Source of the DNA: Spirochaetia bacterium
GTDB lineage: Bacteria > Spirochaetota > Spirochaetia > DSM-2461
NCBI GenBank assembly: GCA_963666985.2
Contig: CAXXIA010000003.1
Location: forward strand, 3,856-67,855
Direction: 5' to 3'
DNA length: 64,000 bases
Part shown: piece after piece, positions 1-8,805 of the stretch
How the letters are laid out: each line of letters begins with the position of its first letter
Position numbering within the stretch: position 1 is the first letter of the stretch
Made by a program: the position numbers and the translations under genes
The notes under the pieces: generated by a model
Database searches by the model: none
What the model saw: the letters and a program-made list of their open reading frames with translations, nothing else
What the model was told of the DNA's origin: nothing

Positions 1-626
1 TTACCTATGTCAGCCCCAATGGCGAGGAAAACTACCCCGGGGAACTGAAGGTTCGGGCCGATTATGCCCTGGACGAAGAATGCCGCGTATATATGGATTT
101 CAGGGCCGAGTGTGATGCGGATACCATCGTCAACATCACGAACCACGCATACTGGAACCTGGCCGGCGGAAAAAGCGGTACAATCCTGAATCATGAGCTC
201 CGATTTGAATCGTCCCGCTACCTTCCCGTGGATGAAACCGCGATTCCCACCGGAGAACTGAAGGATGTGACGGGAACTCCGTTCGATTTTCGCAGGAGTA
301 AAACCATAGGCTCCGATATCGGCCAAGTTCCCGGAGGATACGATCACTGCATGGTCATTGACGGGAAACGGGGCAATCTCCGCAAAGCCGCCGAAGTATA
401 CGAACCCGAAAGCGGCCGCGGGTTTATCCTGCTTACCGACAGGCCCGGAGTTCAATTCTATTCGGGGAATTTTCTGAAAAATAATCCATTCCCCAAACAC
501 GGCGGTTTCTGTCTGGAACCGCAGGATTTTCCCGATGCGCCGAACCGGAAGGATTTTCCTTCCACGGTACTGCATCCGGGAGATACGTATCATCATCGGA
601 GTGTTGTGGAATTCTCGGTTAAATAG
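1..626 (+). CDS. galM: aldose 1-epimerase (galactose mutarotase), C-terminal part; 5' end outside window
   Basis: Frame is open from base 3 (TYVSPNGEENYPGELKV...) into the listed ORF 93..626. Family-typical motifs NHAYWNL, GGYDHCMV, FCLEPQDFPDAPN. Confidence 0.85.
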   Translation, partial: TYVSPNGEENYPGELKVRADYALDEECRVYMDFRAECDADTIVNITNHAYWNLAGGKSGTILNHELRFESSRYLPVDETAIPTGELKDVTGTPFDFRRSKTIGSDIGQVPGGYDHCMVIDGKRGNLRKAAEVYEPESGRGFILLTDRPGVQFYSGNFLKNNPFPKHGGFCLEPQDFPDAPNRKDFPSTVLHPGDTYHHRSVVEFSVK

Positions 627-721
627 AACTTCCGCAGGGATAGGGCCGCATCGTTTTCTTTGCTGTCGGAGGCGAATGCGGCCGGGGGGAGCCGCACCGG
701 AGTCTTCTCGGCCGCCGATGA

Positions 722-2425
722 TCAATCCTCCGCTGAGGATTCCTTCTCTTCACAATCCGCGGGGAAAGAAATCATAAACGAACAGCCATATCCAAGACTG
801 CTTTCCACCCAGACGCGGCCTCCGTGCTTTAAAGCGATATGCTTCACGATGGCCAGGCCCAAACCGGTTCCTCCGAGTTCCCTGCTTCTGGCCTTATCCA
901 CCCGATAAAATCGTTCGAAAATCCGGGAAAGTTCACTCTCGGGAAGTCCGGGACCGTTATCCTTAACGACAAAAATAATTTCCGTTCCGACAATACGGGC
1001 TGATAACGTAATCATGGAACCTTCGGGACTGTATTTTACGGCATTATCCAAGAGATTAACCAAAGCCTGCTCGACCAGAATGGGATGCACGCAGCATTCC
1101 AGACCGTCCGCCACTTCCATGCTCATGCGGATCTTCTTCGATTCGGCTTTTATGGACACCGTCGCAACCGCATCATCAAAGAGCCATCGAACGTCCACCC
1201 GTTCCCTCGGCAGGGAAGTTTCACCTTCTTCCAGCCGTGAGAGCGTCATGAGGTCGCCGATAATGAATCCCAATCGTTCCGCCTGCCTTCTGATAATACT
1301 TAAAAAGCCGTCCCGACGTTCTTTATCAAGATTCTCCGCCCGCTGAAGGGTTTCGACGAACCCGAGAATGGAGGTTATGGGAGTGCGCAGTTCATGCGAA
1401 ACATTGGCCACGAAATCCTTCCGCATCATTTCAAGCTGGGTAATTCTTGTCACGTCGTTCATCACCAAAAGGCATCCGGACCGAATAAGCACGGCGTGAA
1501 CCTGAAGAAAGAACGGACCGGAATCCCGATCCAGCCTGACAAGCGATTCCTCTTCACCGCCTTCGGCCGCCAGTCTTTTGGCTATATCGTATAATTCCGG
1601 GCTGCGAAAAACATGCAGGAAACCCTTGCCCACACATTTCTCATCGTTCGTTCCCGCCAGCTCCACGGCGGCGGGATTCACCTGAAGAATATTCAAATCC
1701 GTATCCAGAAGAACAACCGGTGCGGTCATGCCTTCCAGCATCGAACGCAAAACGGTCTGCCGATCTTCAATGTCGCGAAACGTGTCGCGCAGCTGACGCC
1801 CCATTCGGTTTATGGAAGCGGAAAGTTCATCGGCTTCACGGAATCCGGAAAGAATCAGGGCCTTGGAAAAATCACCGCGGGAATAATCACCGACAACCGA
1901 TTGAACGGACTTCAGAAGGTTGCTGATTCTTTTGGCGGCTAAAACGCTGATTAATGCGGAGATAAGGATAAGCGCGGCGGCAAAGGCCGTCAGAGCCTTA
2001 ACGGAGCGATCCAGCCCGTCGCGAAGTCCCTGAACCGTTCGAGCAACACGGAAAACAAGATTCACCGATGGATCAAAATAAGCGGTATAAATAAACAGTT
2101 CACCGCCCAAAGTCTCGCTCCGGCGAACGGAAGAGCCCTGTCCTTTGGTAAGAGCCGCTCGAATTTCCGGACGATTTCCATGATCCGACATCACTTCCGC
2201 GTCCTCATGGGTATCGGCAAGGACGGTTCCGTCGGATTCGATGATTGTTATCCGATACCCCAAAGTTTCCGGAAGAACCGAAAGAAACCGATCGGCGGCG
2301 GCTTCGCGGTCATCTTCATCCTGATAAAAAGCCGCCAAGGTCCGAACCAATTCCCACTGACGGGATTCCGCATCTTTAAACGCATAGGATTGAAGCGAAC
2401 GGACTCCGAAAATTCCGCTTGCCAT
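722..2425 (-). CDS. phoR: PhoR-like sensor histidine kinase (periplasmic sensor, HAMP, PAS, HisKA, HATPase)
   Basis: FVANVSHELRTPITSILGFVETL (H-box), NLLDNAVKYSP (N-box), FERFYRVDKARSRELGGTGLGLAIVKHI (G-boxes). The internal TM segment ALTAFAAALILISALISVLAA implies an N-terminal TM that lies upstream of ATG 2425, so the true start is possibly CTG at 2491 (see findings). Confidence 0.85.
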   Translation of the reverse strand: MASGIFGVRSLQSYAFKDAESRQWELVRTLAAFYQDEDDREAAADRFLSVLPETLGYRITIIESDGTVLADTHEDAEVMSDHGNRPEIRAALTKGQGSSVRRSETLGGELFIYTAYFDPSVNLVFRVARTVQGLRDGLDRSVKALTAFAAALILISALISVLAAKRISNLLKSVQSVVGDYSRGDFSKALILSGFREADELSASINRMGRQLRDTFRDIEDRQTVLRSMLEGMTAPVVLLDTDLNILQVNPAAVELAGTNDEKCVGKGFLHVFRSPELYDIAKRLAAEGGEEESLVRLDRDSGPFFLQVHAVLIRSGCLLVMNDVTRITQLEMMRKDFVANVSHELRTPITSILGFVETLQRAENLDKERRDGFLSIIRRQAERLGFIIGDLMTLSRLEEGETSLPRERVDVRWLFDDAVATVSIKAESKKIRMSMEVADGLECCVHPILVEQALVNLLDNAVKYSPEGSMITLSARIVGTEIIFVVKDNGPGLPESELSRIFERFYRVDKARSRELGGTGLGLAIVKHIALKHGGRVWVESSLGYGCSFMISFPADCEEKESSAED

Positions 2426-2494
2426 GACGGCCGCGCCTACGAGCAGGAGAAGAGTTATAAATAATTGAAAAAAAACGGATTGCTTTTTCAGGGG

Positions 2495-2639
2495 CTATTC
2501 TCCGCGCAGGCGATATCCGTTTTCAAGGTTATTCGGCAGCGCCATCGTCAATTTCTATTCTCCGCGCAGGCGATATCCGTTTTCAAGGTTATTCGGCAGC
2601 GCCATCGTCAATTTCTATTCTCCGCGCATGCGATATCCG
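2495..2639. repeat. 60-bp tandem direct repeat, 2.4 copies (2495-2554, 2555-2614, partial 2615-2639)
   Basis: Unit ctattctccgcgcaggcgatatccgttttcaaggttattcggcagcgccatcgtcaattt read directly. Copies 1 and 2 are identical. The third partial copy (one mismatch, g->t at 2629) is the genuine 3' end and stop codon of the response-regulator gene. Confidence 0.95.
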
Positions 2640-3310
2640 ACGCCGCGGACGGTTTCCACCATGTCCCCCATGTCGCCGAGTTTTTTCCTTATGCCCAGAA
2701 TCTGGACATCCACGGATCGAGCCGTAACCGGATAATCCTCACCCTTTACCGCATCAATAATCTGATGCCGGGAAAACACCCACCCCGGATTTTCCGCAAG
2801 AAAACGTAAGATGGCGAACTCGGTAGCCGAGAAACCGACCGATTTTCCGCCCACACGAACCTCGTGCCTGGCCGAATCGATGCTGATTCCATGAATGTCG
2901 ACGACACGATTGCTGGTGGTTTCTCGTGCCAAGCCGTTTCGGCGAAGCAGCGCCTTAACCCTGGCCACAAGAACCCTCGGACTGAAGGGTTTGGTAACGT
3001 AATCGTCGGCTCCGGCATCAAAACCGGTTACCTGATCGTCTTCCTCGGCTCTGGCGGTAAGCATCATTATGGGCGTTTTCCGTGTTGAGGCCTCGGATTT
3101 GAGCTGCCTGCAGACTTTTATTCCATCGGTACCGGGAAGCATGATATCCAACAGGATAAGGTCTGGCTGGTGGCGGCGTGCCAAACTCAAGGCTTCTTCA
3201 CCATCGGCGGCTTTAATAACATCGTATCCGCTCATCTCCAAATTAAAGGAAATAAGCTCCCTGATATCGGCCTCATCCTCAACTATGAGCAGCGTTTCTT
3301 TTTTTACCAT
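2615..3310 (-). CDS. phoB: OmpR/PhoB-family response regulator
   Basis: REC domain (LLIVEDEADIRELI...DLILLDIMLPGTDG...MLTAR...GADDYVTKPF) plus winged-helix (TEFAILRFL...RSVDVQILGIRKKL...VRGVGYRM). I chose ATG at 3310 (AAAGGAG 8 nt upstream) over the GTG at 3319 used by the ORF track. Confidence 0.9.
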   Translation of the reverse strand: MVKKETLLIVEDEADIRELISFNLEMSGYDVIKAADGEEALSLARRHQPDLILLDIMLPGTDGIKVCRQLKSEASTRKTPIMMLTARAEEDDQVTGFDAGADDYVTKPFSPRVLVARVKALLRRNGLARETTSNRVVDIHGISIDSARHEVRVGGKSVGFSATEFAILRFLAENPGWVFSRHQIIDAVKGEDYPVTARSVDVQILGIRKKLGDMGDMVETVRGVGYRMRGE

Positions 3311-3433
3311 GAACTCCACTCCTTTGTATCCGTAGAGAGAATGTGAGGGATAGATGAGAGCAAGATTAACACCTTATGAGAATGACGTTAAGATTCTCGC
3401 AGAGATGTTATAAAGAGTCGGAATTACCGCCTT

Positions 3434-5665
3434 CTAATAAGTAAAACGACGTAATTCCATATCCAGAATATCCAGGGACTGGACATTTTTCTCCCCGAGA
3501 GTGGTTATCTCCGAAAGCGCTTTTGTAATATCCCCAATCCCGGTACTGATTTCCGCAATAGCGTCGTGACTCTGGCGAGAGAGATCGGCAACCTTTGTAA
3601 GGGAAGCATTGGATTTCTCCGATCTTCTGTCGATGTTCTGTGAAGAATCCCGAACGGCGGCGCTGGCTCCGACAAGGCTGCTCAAGGCCTCCGTAATCTG
3701 GTCCGTTCCTCTTCCGAGTTCCACCAGAGAATTCATAATCTCCGTAAGAGCTTCCGAAACGCTGGTTGAATCCACCACAATCTTGGAAATGGAATCTCCG
3801 GTCTGTCTGGATCTGTCGGCGGTTCCGCCGATCTTATTGACAATTTCCCTTACCGAATCTCCGATCTGTTTGGCGTTGCTGCCCGTTGATTCGGCAAGTT
3901 TGCGGATTTCATCCGCGACTACCGCGAAACCGCGGCCGGCCTCGCCGGCATGGGCGGCTTCGATGGCGGCATTCATGGCCAAAAGATTGATCTGCGAAGA
4001 AATGCCGTCGATAACCGTAACAACATCCTGGATGGAATCGGCTGAAGAGGCGATTCCATCGATATCGGACAGGGTTGTTTCCATTTGTTCCTCACCGGCA
4101 CGCGCCATCGAAGCCAAAGTTTCAGCCATGACCGACCGATCTTTCGCCAATGAAGAAATACTTTTAATGGACGCGACCATTTCCTCAACCGCTGCCGACG
4201 ATTCCTCTACGGCCGAGGCTTCTTCCGACGCTTGAGCATTGACGTTCTGCACTTCACCGCTTACTTCACGGATTTCATCACGAACGGATTCGGAAAGTTC
4301 GGCAAGAGTGTTCGACTGGTTGTCTATGGAAACTATGGTGGCCTGAATTTCATCCAAAGCGGAGGAAATCTCTTCAACATTGGAAGCCAATGTCTCGGCA
4401 ACTTCATGCCCCTGTTTAGTGGAAGTATGAATGTTTTTCATAATTCCCTGCAGGGTTTCGGCAAAAGTATTGAATCCTTTGGCCAGCCGGCCTGTTTCAT
4501 CCGAAGACTTGATGGCTATTCGCTGAGTTAAATCGGCATCTCCTTGGGATATTTCTTCCAAACGTTCGGTAGCGGCCAACAGCGCTTTGGTAACCAGAGA
4601 AATAATTACCAGAGCAACTCCGGAAGCCACAAGTCCGAAAATCAATCCGACAATCAAAACCAGAAAGCCGATTTCCTTCGATTCTTTTATAAGTTCAGAC
4701 TCATAAACGGCGTATGTTATGATCCAATCCCGTTCCGGAAAATATTTAACAAAACCGATTTTCTTGAAGAATTTATTTTCCGGTTCTCCCGGTTTTGTCC
4801 ACATATACTCAACTCGGCCATTCTCAATCTCAAACATATATTGAGTTAAATCCTGCCCTGTAACCTTATCTTTCAATACAAAAGATTGTCCGACCCAGTC
4901 CTGATCAACATAAGCGATATATGTGGAATTACGGTCCTGAATATAAGGATAAGCACCCATAAAACTTTGCTTGTAGAGATTCTTATTCATTTCACTCAGC
5001 ATGGCCGCTTCATATTCGGCTATATCCTTATCAATATCGTCAATGTAAACACCGGTGCCGATGGCCCATTCCCAAGGTTCAAAATATTTAATACAGGATT
5101 TCTTAGCCGAATCTTCAGTTTCACCAGGTTTGGGATAGTAGTAATCATAAAAGAAATACTCATTGGCCATTGCACCCTTAACAAAGTCACGGCCGATGTA
5201 AGAACCTTTACTATCCTGATAATCGTACCGTGATGTTCCTTCGATTGCCGGATTAGGCGGAAAAAGCACATTAACAACATCTTTGGAATCAATCCAAAAA
5301 TAGCCGTCATTGCCATATGAAAAATTGCGAAGGGCTTCTTTGGCTTCCCGCTGAGCCGCGTACCTTGAAAGTTCACCGCTTAATTCTTTTTGATGATAAA
5401 AATCGGCAATACTGACGGCACCGTCAGTCAGATGCCCCAGCCTCCGTTCCGTATTCGCGATTTCCAATTCTTTGGCTTTTTGGGAAGACTCATGGAACTG
5501 ATGCACAAGGGAGTATATCTGTTCCAGACTGCTGTTACTGAAATCCTCAAAATTGTTCAAAACACTTTTTTTGCTCATTTGCCCTGTGATAAGAGCGAGC
5601 ACCACTGTAATCACCAAAAATAATACAAGAATCGGAATAAACACTTTCCACCGTATCGATTTCAT
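3434..5665 (-). CDS. methyl-accepting chemotaxis protein with Cache-type periplasmic sensor and HAMP
   Basis: N-terminal TM, about 300-aa extracytoplasmic domain, second TM, HAMP, and the highly conserved signalling hairpin [34 protein letters not shown]. Confidence 0.92.
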   Translation of the reverse strand: MKSIRWKVFIPILVLFLVITVVLALITGQMSKKSVLNNFEDFSNSSLEQIYSLVHQFHESSQKAKELEIANTERRLGHLTDGAVSIADFYHQKELSGELSRYAAQREAKEALRNFSYGNDGYFWIDSKDVVNVLFPPNPAIEGTSRYDYQDSKGSYIGRDFVKGAMANEYFFYDYYYPKPGETEDSAKKSCIKYFEPWEWAIGTGVYIDDIDKDIAEYEAAMLSEMNKNLYKQSFMGAYPYIQDRNSTYIAYVDQDWVGQSFVLKDKVTGQDLTQYMFEIENGRVEYMWTKPGEPENKFFKKIGFVKYFPERDWIITYAVYESELIKESKEIGFLVLIVGLIFGLVASGVALVIISLVTKALLAATERLEEISQGDADLTQRIAIKSSDETGRLAKGFNTFAETLQGIMKNIHTSTKQGHEVAETLASNVEEISSALDEIQATIVSIDNQSNTLAELSESVRDEIREVSGEVQNVNAQASEEASAVEESSAAVEEMVASIKSISSLAKDRSVMAETLASMARAGEEQMETTLSDIDGIASSADSIQDVVTVIDGISSQINLLAMNAAIEAAHAGEAGRGFAVVADEIRKLAESTGSNAKQIGDSVREIVNKIGGTADRSRQTGDSISKIVVDSTSVSEALTEIMNSLVELGRGTDQITEALSSLVGASAAVRDSSQNIDRRSEKSNASLTKVADLSRQSHDAIAEISTGIGDITKALSEITTLGEKNVQSLDILDMELRRFTY

Positions 5666-5897
5666 GCACTTCTCCTCAAAGATGTCGCTGGAGACTCTTT
5701 GCTCTACGCGCCGAACAGCAACGCTGATCGGCTGTTATGAATTTGATTCGGAGATCTTGCCGCAGGAACACGGAATGCTTAATCGGCAGATACTCCGCAT
5801 CACTCTTTCTCATTCCCGCCGAATACCGTATTCGGACCAAAATCACATTTAAAGAGCCTCATTTTTAAGTTTTATTCTTTTTCGCAATTATGCAAAC

Positions 5898-8123
5898 TCA
5901 AACGGTAAATCTCCTCATTTCCTCTTCAAGGGAATCCATGGCCTCGGTATTCGTCGTACTTAATCCGACGATAATTTTCAAAGATGTTCCAATTTCATTA
6001 AGAGACTGCCGGATTTCCTCGATACCGTGATGATTCAGCTGAGAAAGTTCGGCCACCTCCGTCAATGAAGTTCGGCTGTCGTCCGCCTGAGCGCCAATCT
6101 TCACCGAAGACTCCCGAACGGCCTGACTGGCCAAATTCAGATGTCCAAGCGCCGAGGTTATCTGGTCTGTTCCCTGACCCATCTCTTCCAGAGCATTTAG
6201 GATTTCCTTCAGTGTTGTCGAAACATCGGCGCTGCCGGTAACAATTTCACCGATGGATTCACCGGTCTGTCTCGATCGATCCGCCGTATGGCTAATTTTA
6301 TCGATAATTTCTCCTACGGATTCGGTAATCCTCTTTGCGTTGCTTCCCGTCGATTCGGCCAACTTCCGGATTTCATCCGCCACCACGGCGAATCCCCTTC
6401 CGGCGTCTCCGGCATGTGCGGCCTCAATGGCCGCATTCATGGCCAAAAGGTTTATACGGGATGAAATGCCGTCAATAACCGTCACCACATCCTTAATGGA
6501 ATCCGCGGACTCGGATATCCCTTTGATGTCGGACATGGTGGTGTGCATTTGTTCCTCACCCTTACGGGCAAGACCGGCAAGCAGTTCGGCCATACTCGAC
6601 CTTTCGGAGGCCATTCTGGAAATGTTTCTGATGGATGCGATCATCTCTTCAACGGCCGCCGATGATTCTTCCACGGCCGATGATTCTTCGACCGTTTGGT
6701 TGTTCACGGTCTCCAAAGCATCCCCGATAACATTCATGGAATCGTTTGTATTTTCCGCAAGAGAAATAAGACTTGAAGACTGTTTGTCGATCGTGGTGAT
6801 GGTGGAGATAATCAATTCAAGAGACGCCGATATTTGCTCAACATTCGACGAGAGTGTTTCGGCCACTTCGCGTCCCTGCCCCGAGGATTCCTGAACATGC
6901 ATCACAATCCCCCGGAGAGAGGAGGTAAAGGCATTAAAACTCTCGGCCAGCTGTCCCACTTCGTCTTGGGAATTCACAATGATGGATTGGGTAAGATCCG
7001 CGTCACCTTCGGCAATCTCCCGCAGTCGTTCGTTGGTTTTTTTCAAACTCTTAACGATGAGATTAACCGCCAGTAAGATCACAACCGCCACGGCGATCGC
7101 GGCAACAATCCCGACAATGACAATGTTTCGCGTCATTTTCGTAATCATTGCATTAAGGTCGCCCTCATAAATTGTATAAACCATCACCCAATCGCGCGGC
7201 TCATACAGCATGGTGAATCCCTTTTTCAGGAACAGTTTATTGGGATTCTCTCCCGGCTTGATATAGTAATAATCAATAGGACCGGTGCCGTTGGCGAAAA
7301 ACTTATCGGTGAGATCTCTTGTCACATCATTGTCATTGAGATATGTGCCGACCATGTCCGGATTGTTGTGAGCAATCATCATACTGTCTTTGGCAATAAT
7401 GGCGGGATAAGAACCGAGAAAAGATTCTTTAAAAAGGGTCTGATTCATGGAGGCAATCTGATTTTTCTCCCACTCGGCGACGGCCGCGTCGATATCGTCG
7501 ATATATGTTCCGGTTCCGACGGTCCATCCCCAGGGATCGAAACGGCGGCTGGTTCCCATTTTCGGCATAGCCTCGGTCTGACCGGGACGCGGAAAGTAAT
7601 ATTCCAGATCGAAATATTTATTTTCTTTAGCTCCATCCACCAGCATATGGATAAAAGCTTGTCCGTTTTCATCCTTCAATTCGCCGCGGTAAGAGCCTTC
7701 AATATCGGAGTCGGGAGGATTAAGGACATTGATATACTCATCATTATCAATGAAGTAATAATTCCCATCGCTGTATCGCAGAAGACGTATCCCTTCTTTT
7801 GCTTCGGCCATGGCCGCTTGAGGAGAAAGGATTCCCTGCATTTGACGCGAATAGGCATTTTCAAGAACACCGAAGGCAACATCGAGAAGATCCCGCTGGG
7901 ACTGACGTGTTTTATCCAGCATTTGTATGCGCAGCTGCTGAGAGGCCAAATCGAACTGTTCTATCTGACTGTAAACCTGATTTATGTAGACATTCGAAAA
8001 ACTTTCAAAATCCTCTTCAATCTTTGATCGATTCAAGGATGTCATTTGCCAAGTCATGATTACAATCGCCAGAAGAACAACACCTAAAACCGGAAAGAAC
8101 AACTTCCATTGAATAGATTTCAT
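5898..8123 (-). CDS. methyl-accepting chemotaxis protein, paralog of 3434..5665
   Basis: Same architecture, signalling hairpin [34 protein letters not shown]. The sensor domain has diverged from the neighbouring paralog. Confidence 0.92.
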   Translation of the reverse strand: MKSIQWKLFFPVLGVVLLAIVIMTWQMTSLNRSKIEEDFESFSNVYINQVYSQIEQFDLASQQLRIQMLDKTRQSQRDLLDVAFGVLENAYSRQMQGILSPQAAMAEAKEGIRLLRYSDGNYYFIDNDEYINVLNPPDSDIEGSYRGELKDENGQAFIHMLVDGAKENKYFDLEYYFPRPGQTEAMPKMGTSRRFDPWGWTVGTGTYIDDIDAAVAEWEKNQIASMNQTLFKESFLGSYPAIIAKDSMMIAHNNPDMVGTYLNDNDVTRDLTDKFFANGTGPIDYYYIKPGENPNKLFLKKGFTMLYEPRDWVMVYTIYEGDLNAMITKMTRNIVIVGIVAAIAVAVVILLAVNLIVKSLKKTNERLREIAEGDADLTQSIIVNSQDEVGQLAESFNAFTSSLRGIVMHVQESSGQGREVAETLSSNVEQISASLELIISTITTIDKQSSSLISLAENTNDSMNVIGDALETVNNQTVEESSAVEESSAAVEEMIASIRNISRMASERSSMAELLAGLARKGEEQMHTTMSDIKGISESADSIKDVVTVIDGISSRINLLAMNAAIEAAHAGDAGRGFAVVADEIRKLAESTGSNAKRITESVGEIIDKISHTADRSRQTGESIGEIVTGSADVSTTLKEILNALEEMGQGTDQITSALGHLNLASQAVRESSVKIGAQADDSRTSLTEVAELSQLNHHGIEEIRQSLNEIGTSLKIIVGLSTTNTEAMDSLEEEMRRFTV

Positions 8124-8376
8124 ACCATGCCCCCGTTAGGCGAATTTTAATTCGACGGGAACGCTTTTGCACATTTTTGTACTAATATTTCTTCTCAATA
8201 CAAAAATATAGATATTATTTCATCGTTGTCCGAACATTATTTCCGGAGGAGATTCTTCCCTTACATTCATTTATCTTTATATAAACCCATCTTAATTCGA
8301 ATCCGCATCGGTTACTGTTCCGAAATAGAATCCGGTTGACGAATCCGGAGACCGTCGATATAGTACCGCTAGTTCC

Positions 8377-8460
8377 GCGGCAGTGGTGGAATTGGTAGAC
8401 ACGCTAGCTTGAGGGGCTAGTGATAGCAATATCGTGGAGGTTCAAGTCCTCTCTGCCGCA
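8377..8460 (+). tRNA. tRNA-Leu (anticodon GAG), class II with long variable arm; CCA not encoded
   Basis: Acceptor GCGGCAG/CTGCCGC plus discriminator A. Anticodon stem CTAGC/GCTAG with loop TTGAGGG (U33, GAG at 34-36). T arm GGAGG-TTCAAGT-CCTCT. Long variable arm. Confidence 0.9.
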
Positions 8461-8464
8461 AGAA

Positions 8465-8497
8465 GGCGATCAGCCCAATGGGTTGGTCGCCTTTTTT
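8465..8497 (+). terminator. rho-independent terminator after tRNA-Leu
   Basis: GGCGATCAGCCC-AAT-GGGTTGGTCGCC stem (with G-U pairs) followed by TTTTTTG. Confidence 0.7.
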
Positions 8498-8616
8498 GAT
8501 TCTTAAAAAGGACTTGAAGCGGAATCCCGACGCGACCGAGCAGGGAGCGTAAATCGACACAATGTCGATTTAGGGATGGAGACGGCTCGGAGGACTAAGG
8601 CAGGAAGCCGAAGTCC

Positions 8617-8679
8617 GGAGGACAAGTCCTCTCTGCCGCAAGAAAAGCGAGCGCCCATCGTGGCGGTCGCTTTTTTTTG
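8617..8679 (+). repeat. degenerate duplicate of the tRNA-Leu 3' end (T arm plus acceptor 3' strand) with its own terminator
   Basis: 22-nt exact match caagtcctctctgccgcaagaa at 8623-8644 versus 8443-8464. It is followed by a homologous hairpin AGCGAGCGCC-catcgt-GGCGGTCGCT plus T8. No matching 5' acceptor strand is found upstream, so this is not a functional tRNA. Confidence 0.8.
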
Positions 8680-8805
8680 CCCAAAATACAAGACTTGAAC
8701 CTCCAAAGAGTATGCGCGGTACAAAAGGTCGTACCAAAGACATTATTGAAGAACCATCCCGGCTAAGTGCCGAACAGACCGCGGGAAACACCGTCGGCCG
8801 GCCGG

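Noticed and set aside
644-683. Possible terminator hairpin between galM and the kinase gene
   Set aside because: It has an 8-bp stem but a 24-nt loop and no U-tract on either strand, which is too weak to report as a feature.
2495-2639. Possible CRISPR array
   Set aside because: The repeats are contiguous with no spacers, there are only 2.4 copies, one copy is part of a coding sequence, and no cas genes are in the window.
2465-2809. 114-aa ORF with an internally repeated peptide (FSAQAISVFKVIRQRHRQFL twice)
   Set aside because: The peptide repeat is simply the 60-bp DNA tandem repeat read on the strand opposite to the response-regulator gene. There is no RBS and it overlaps a real gene.
3320-3433. 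Pho box upstream of the phoB-like gene
   Set aside because: I looked for paired CTGTCAT-like 7-mers with 4-bp spacing. Only weak GTCAT/CATAA fragments are present, which is not enough to call a site.
8498-8800. Small ORFs (8503-8724, 8570-8791) and a possible second tRNA or tmRNA-like gene downstream of tRNA-Leu
   Set aside because: No 5' acceptor strand or anticodon arm can be paired with the duplicated 3' end, and its T loop has lost a base. The ORFs have no RBS and overlap terminator hairpins.
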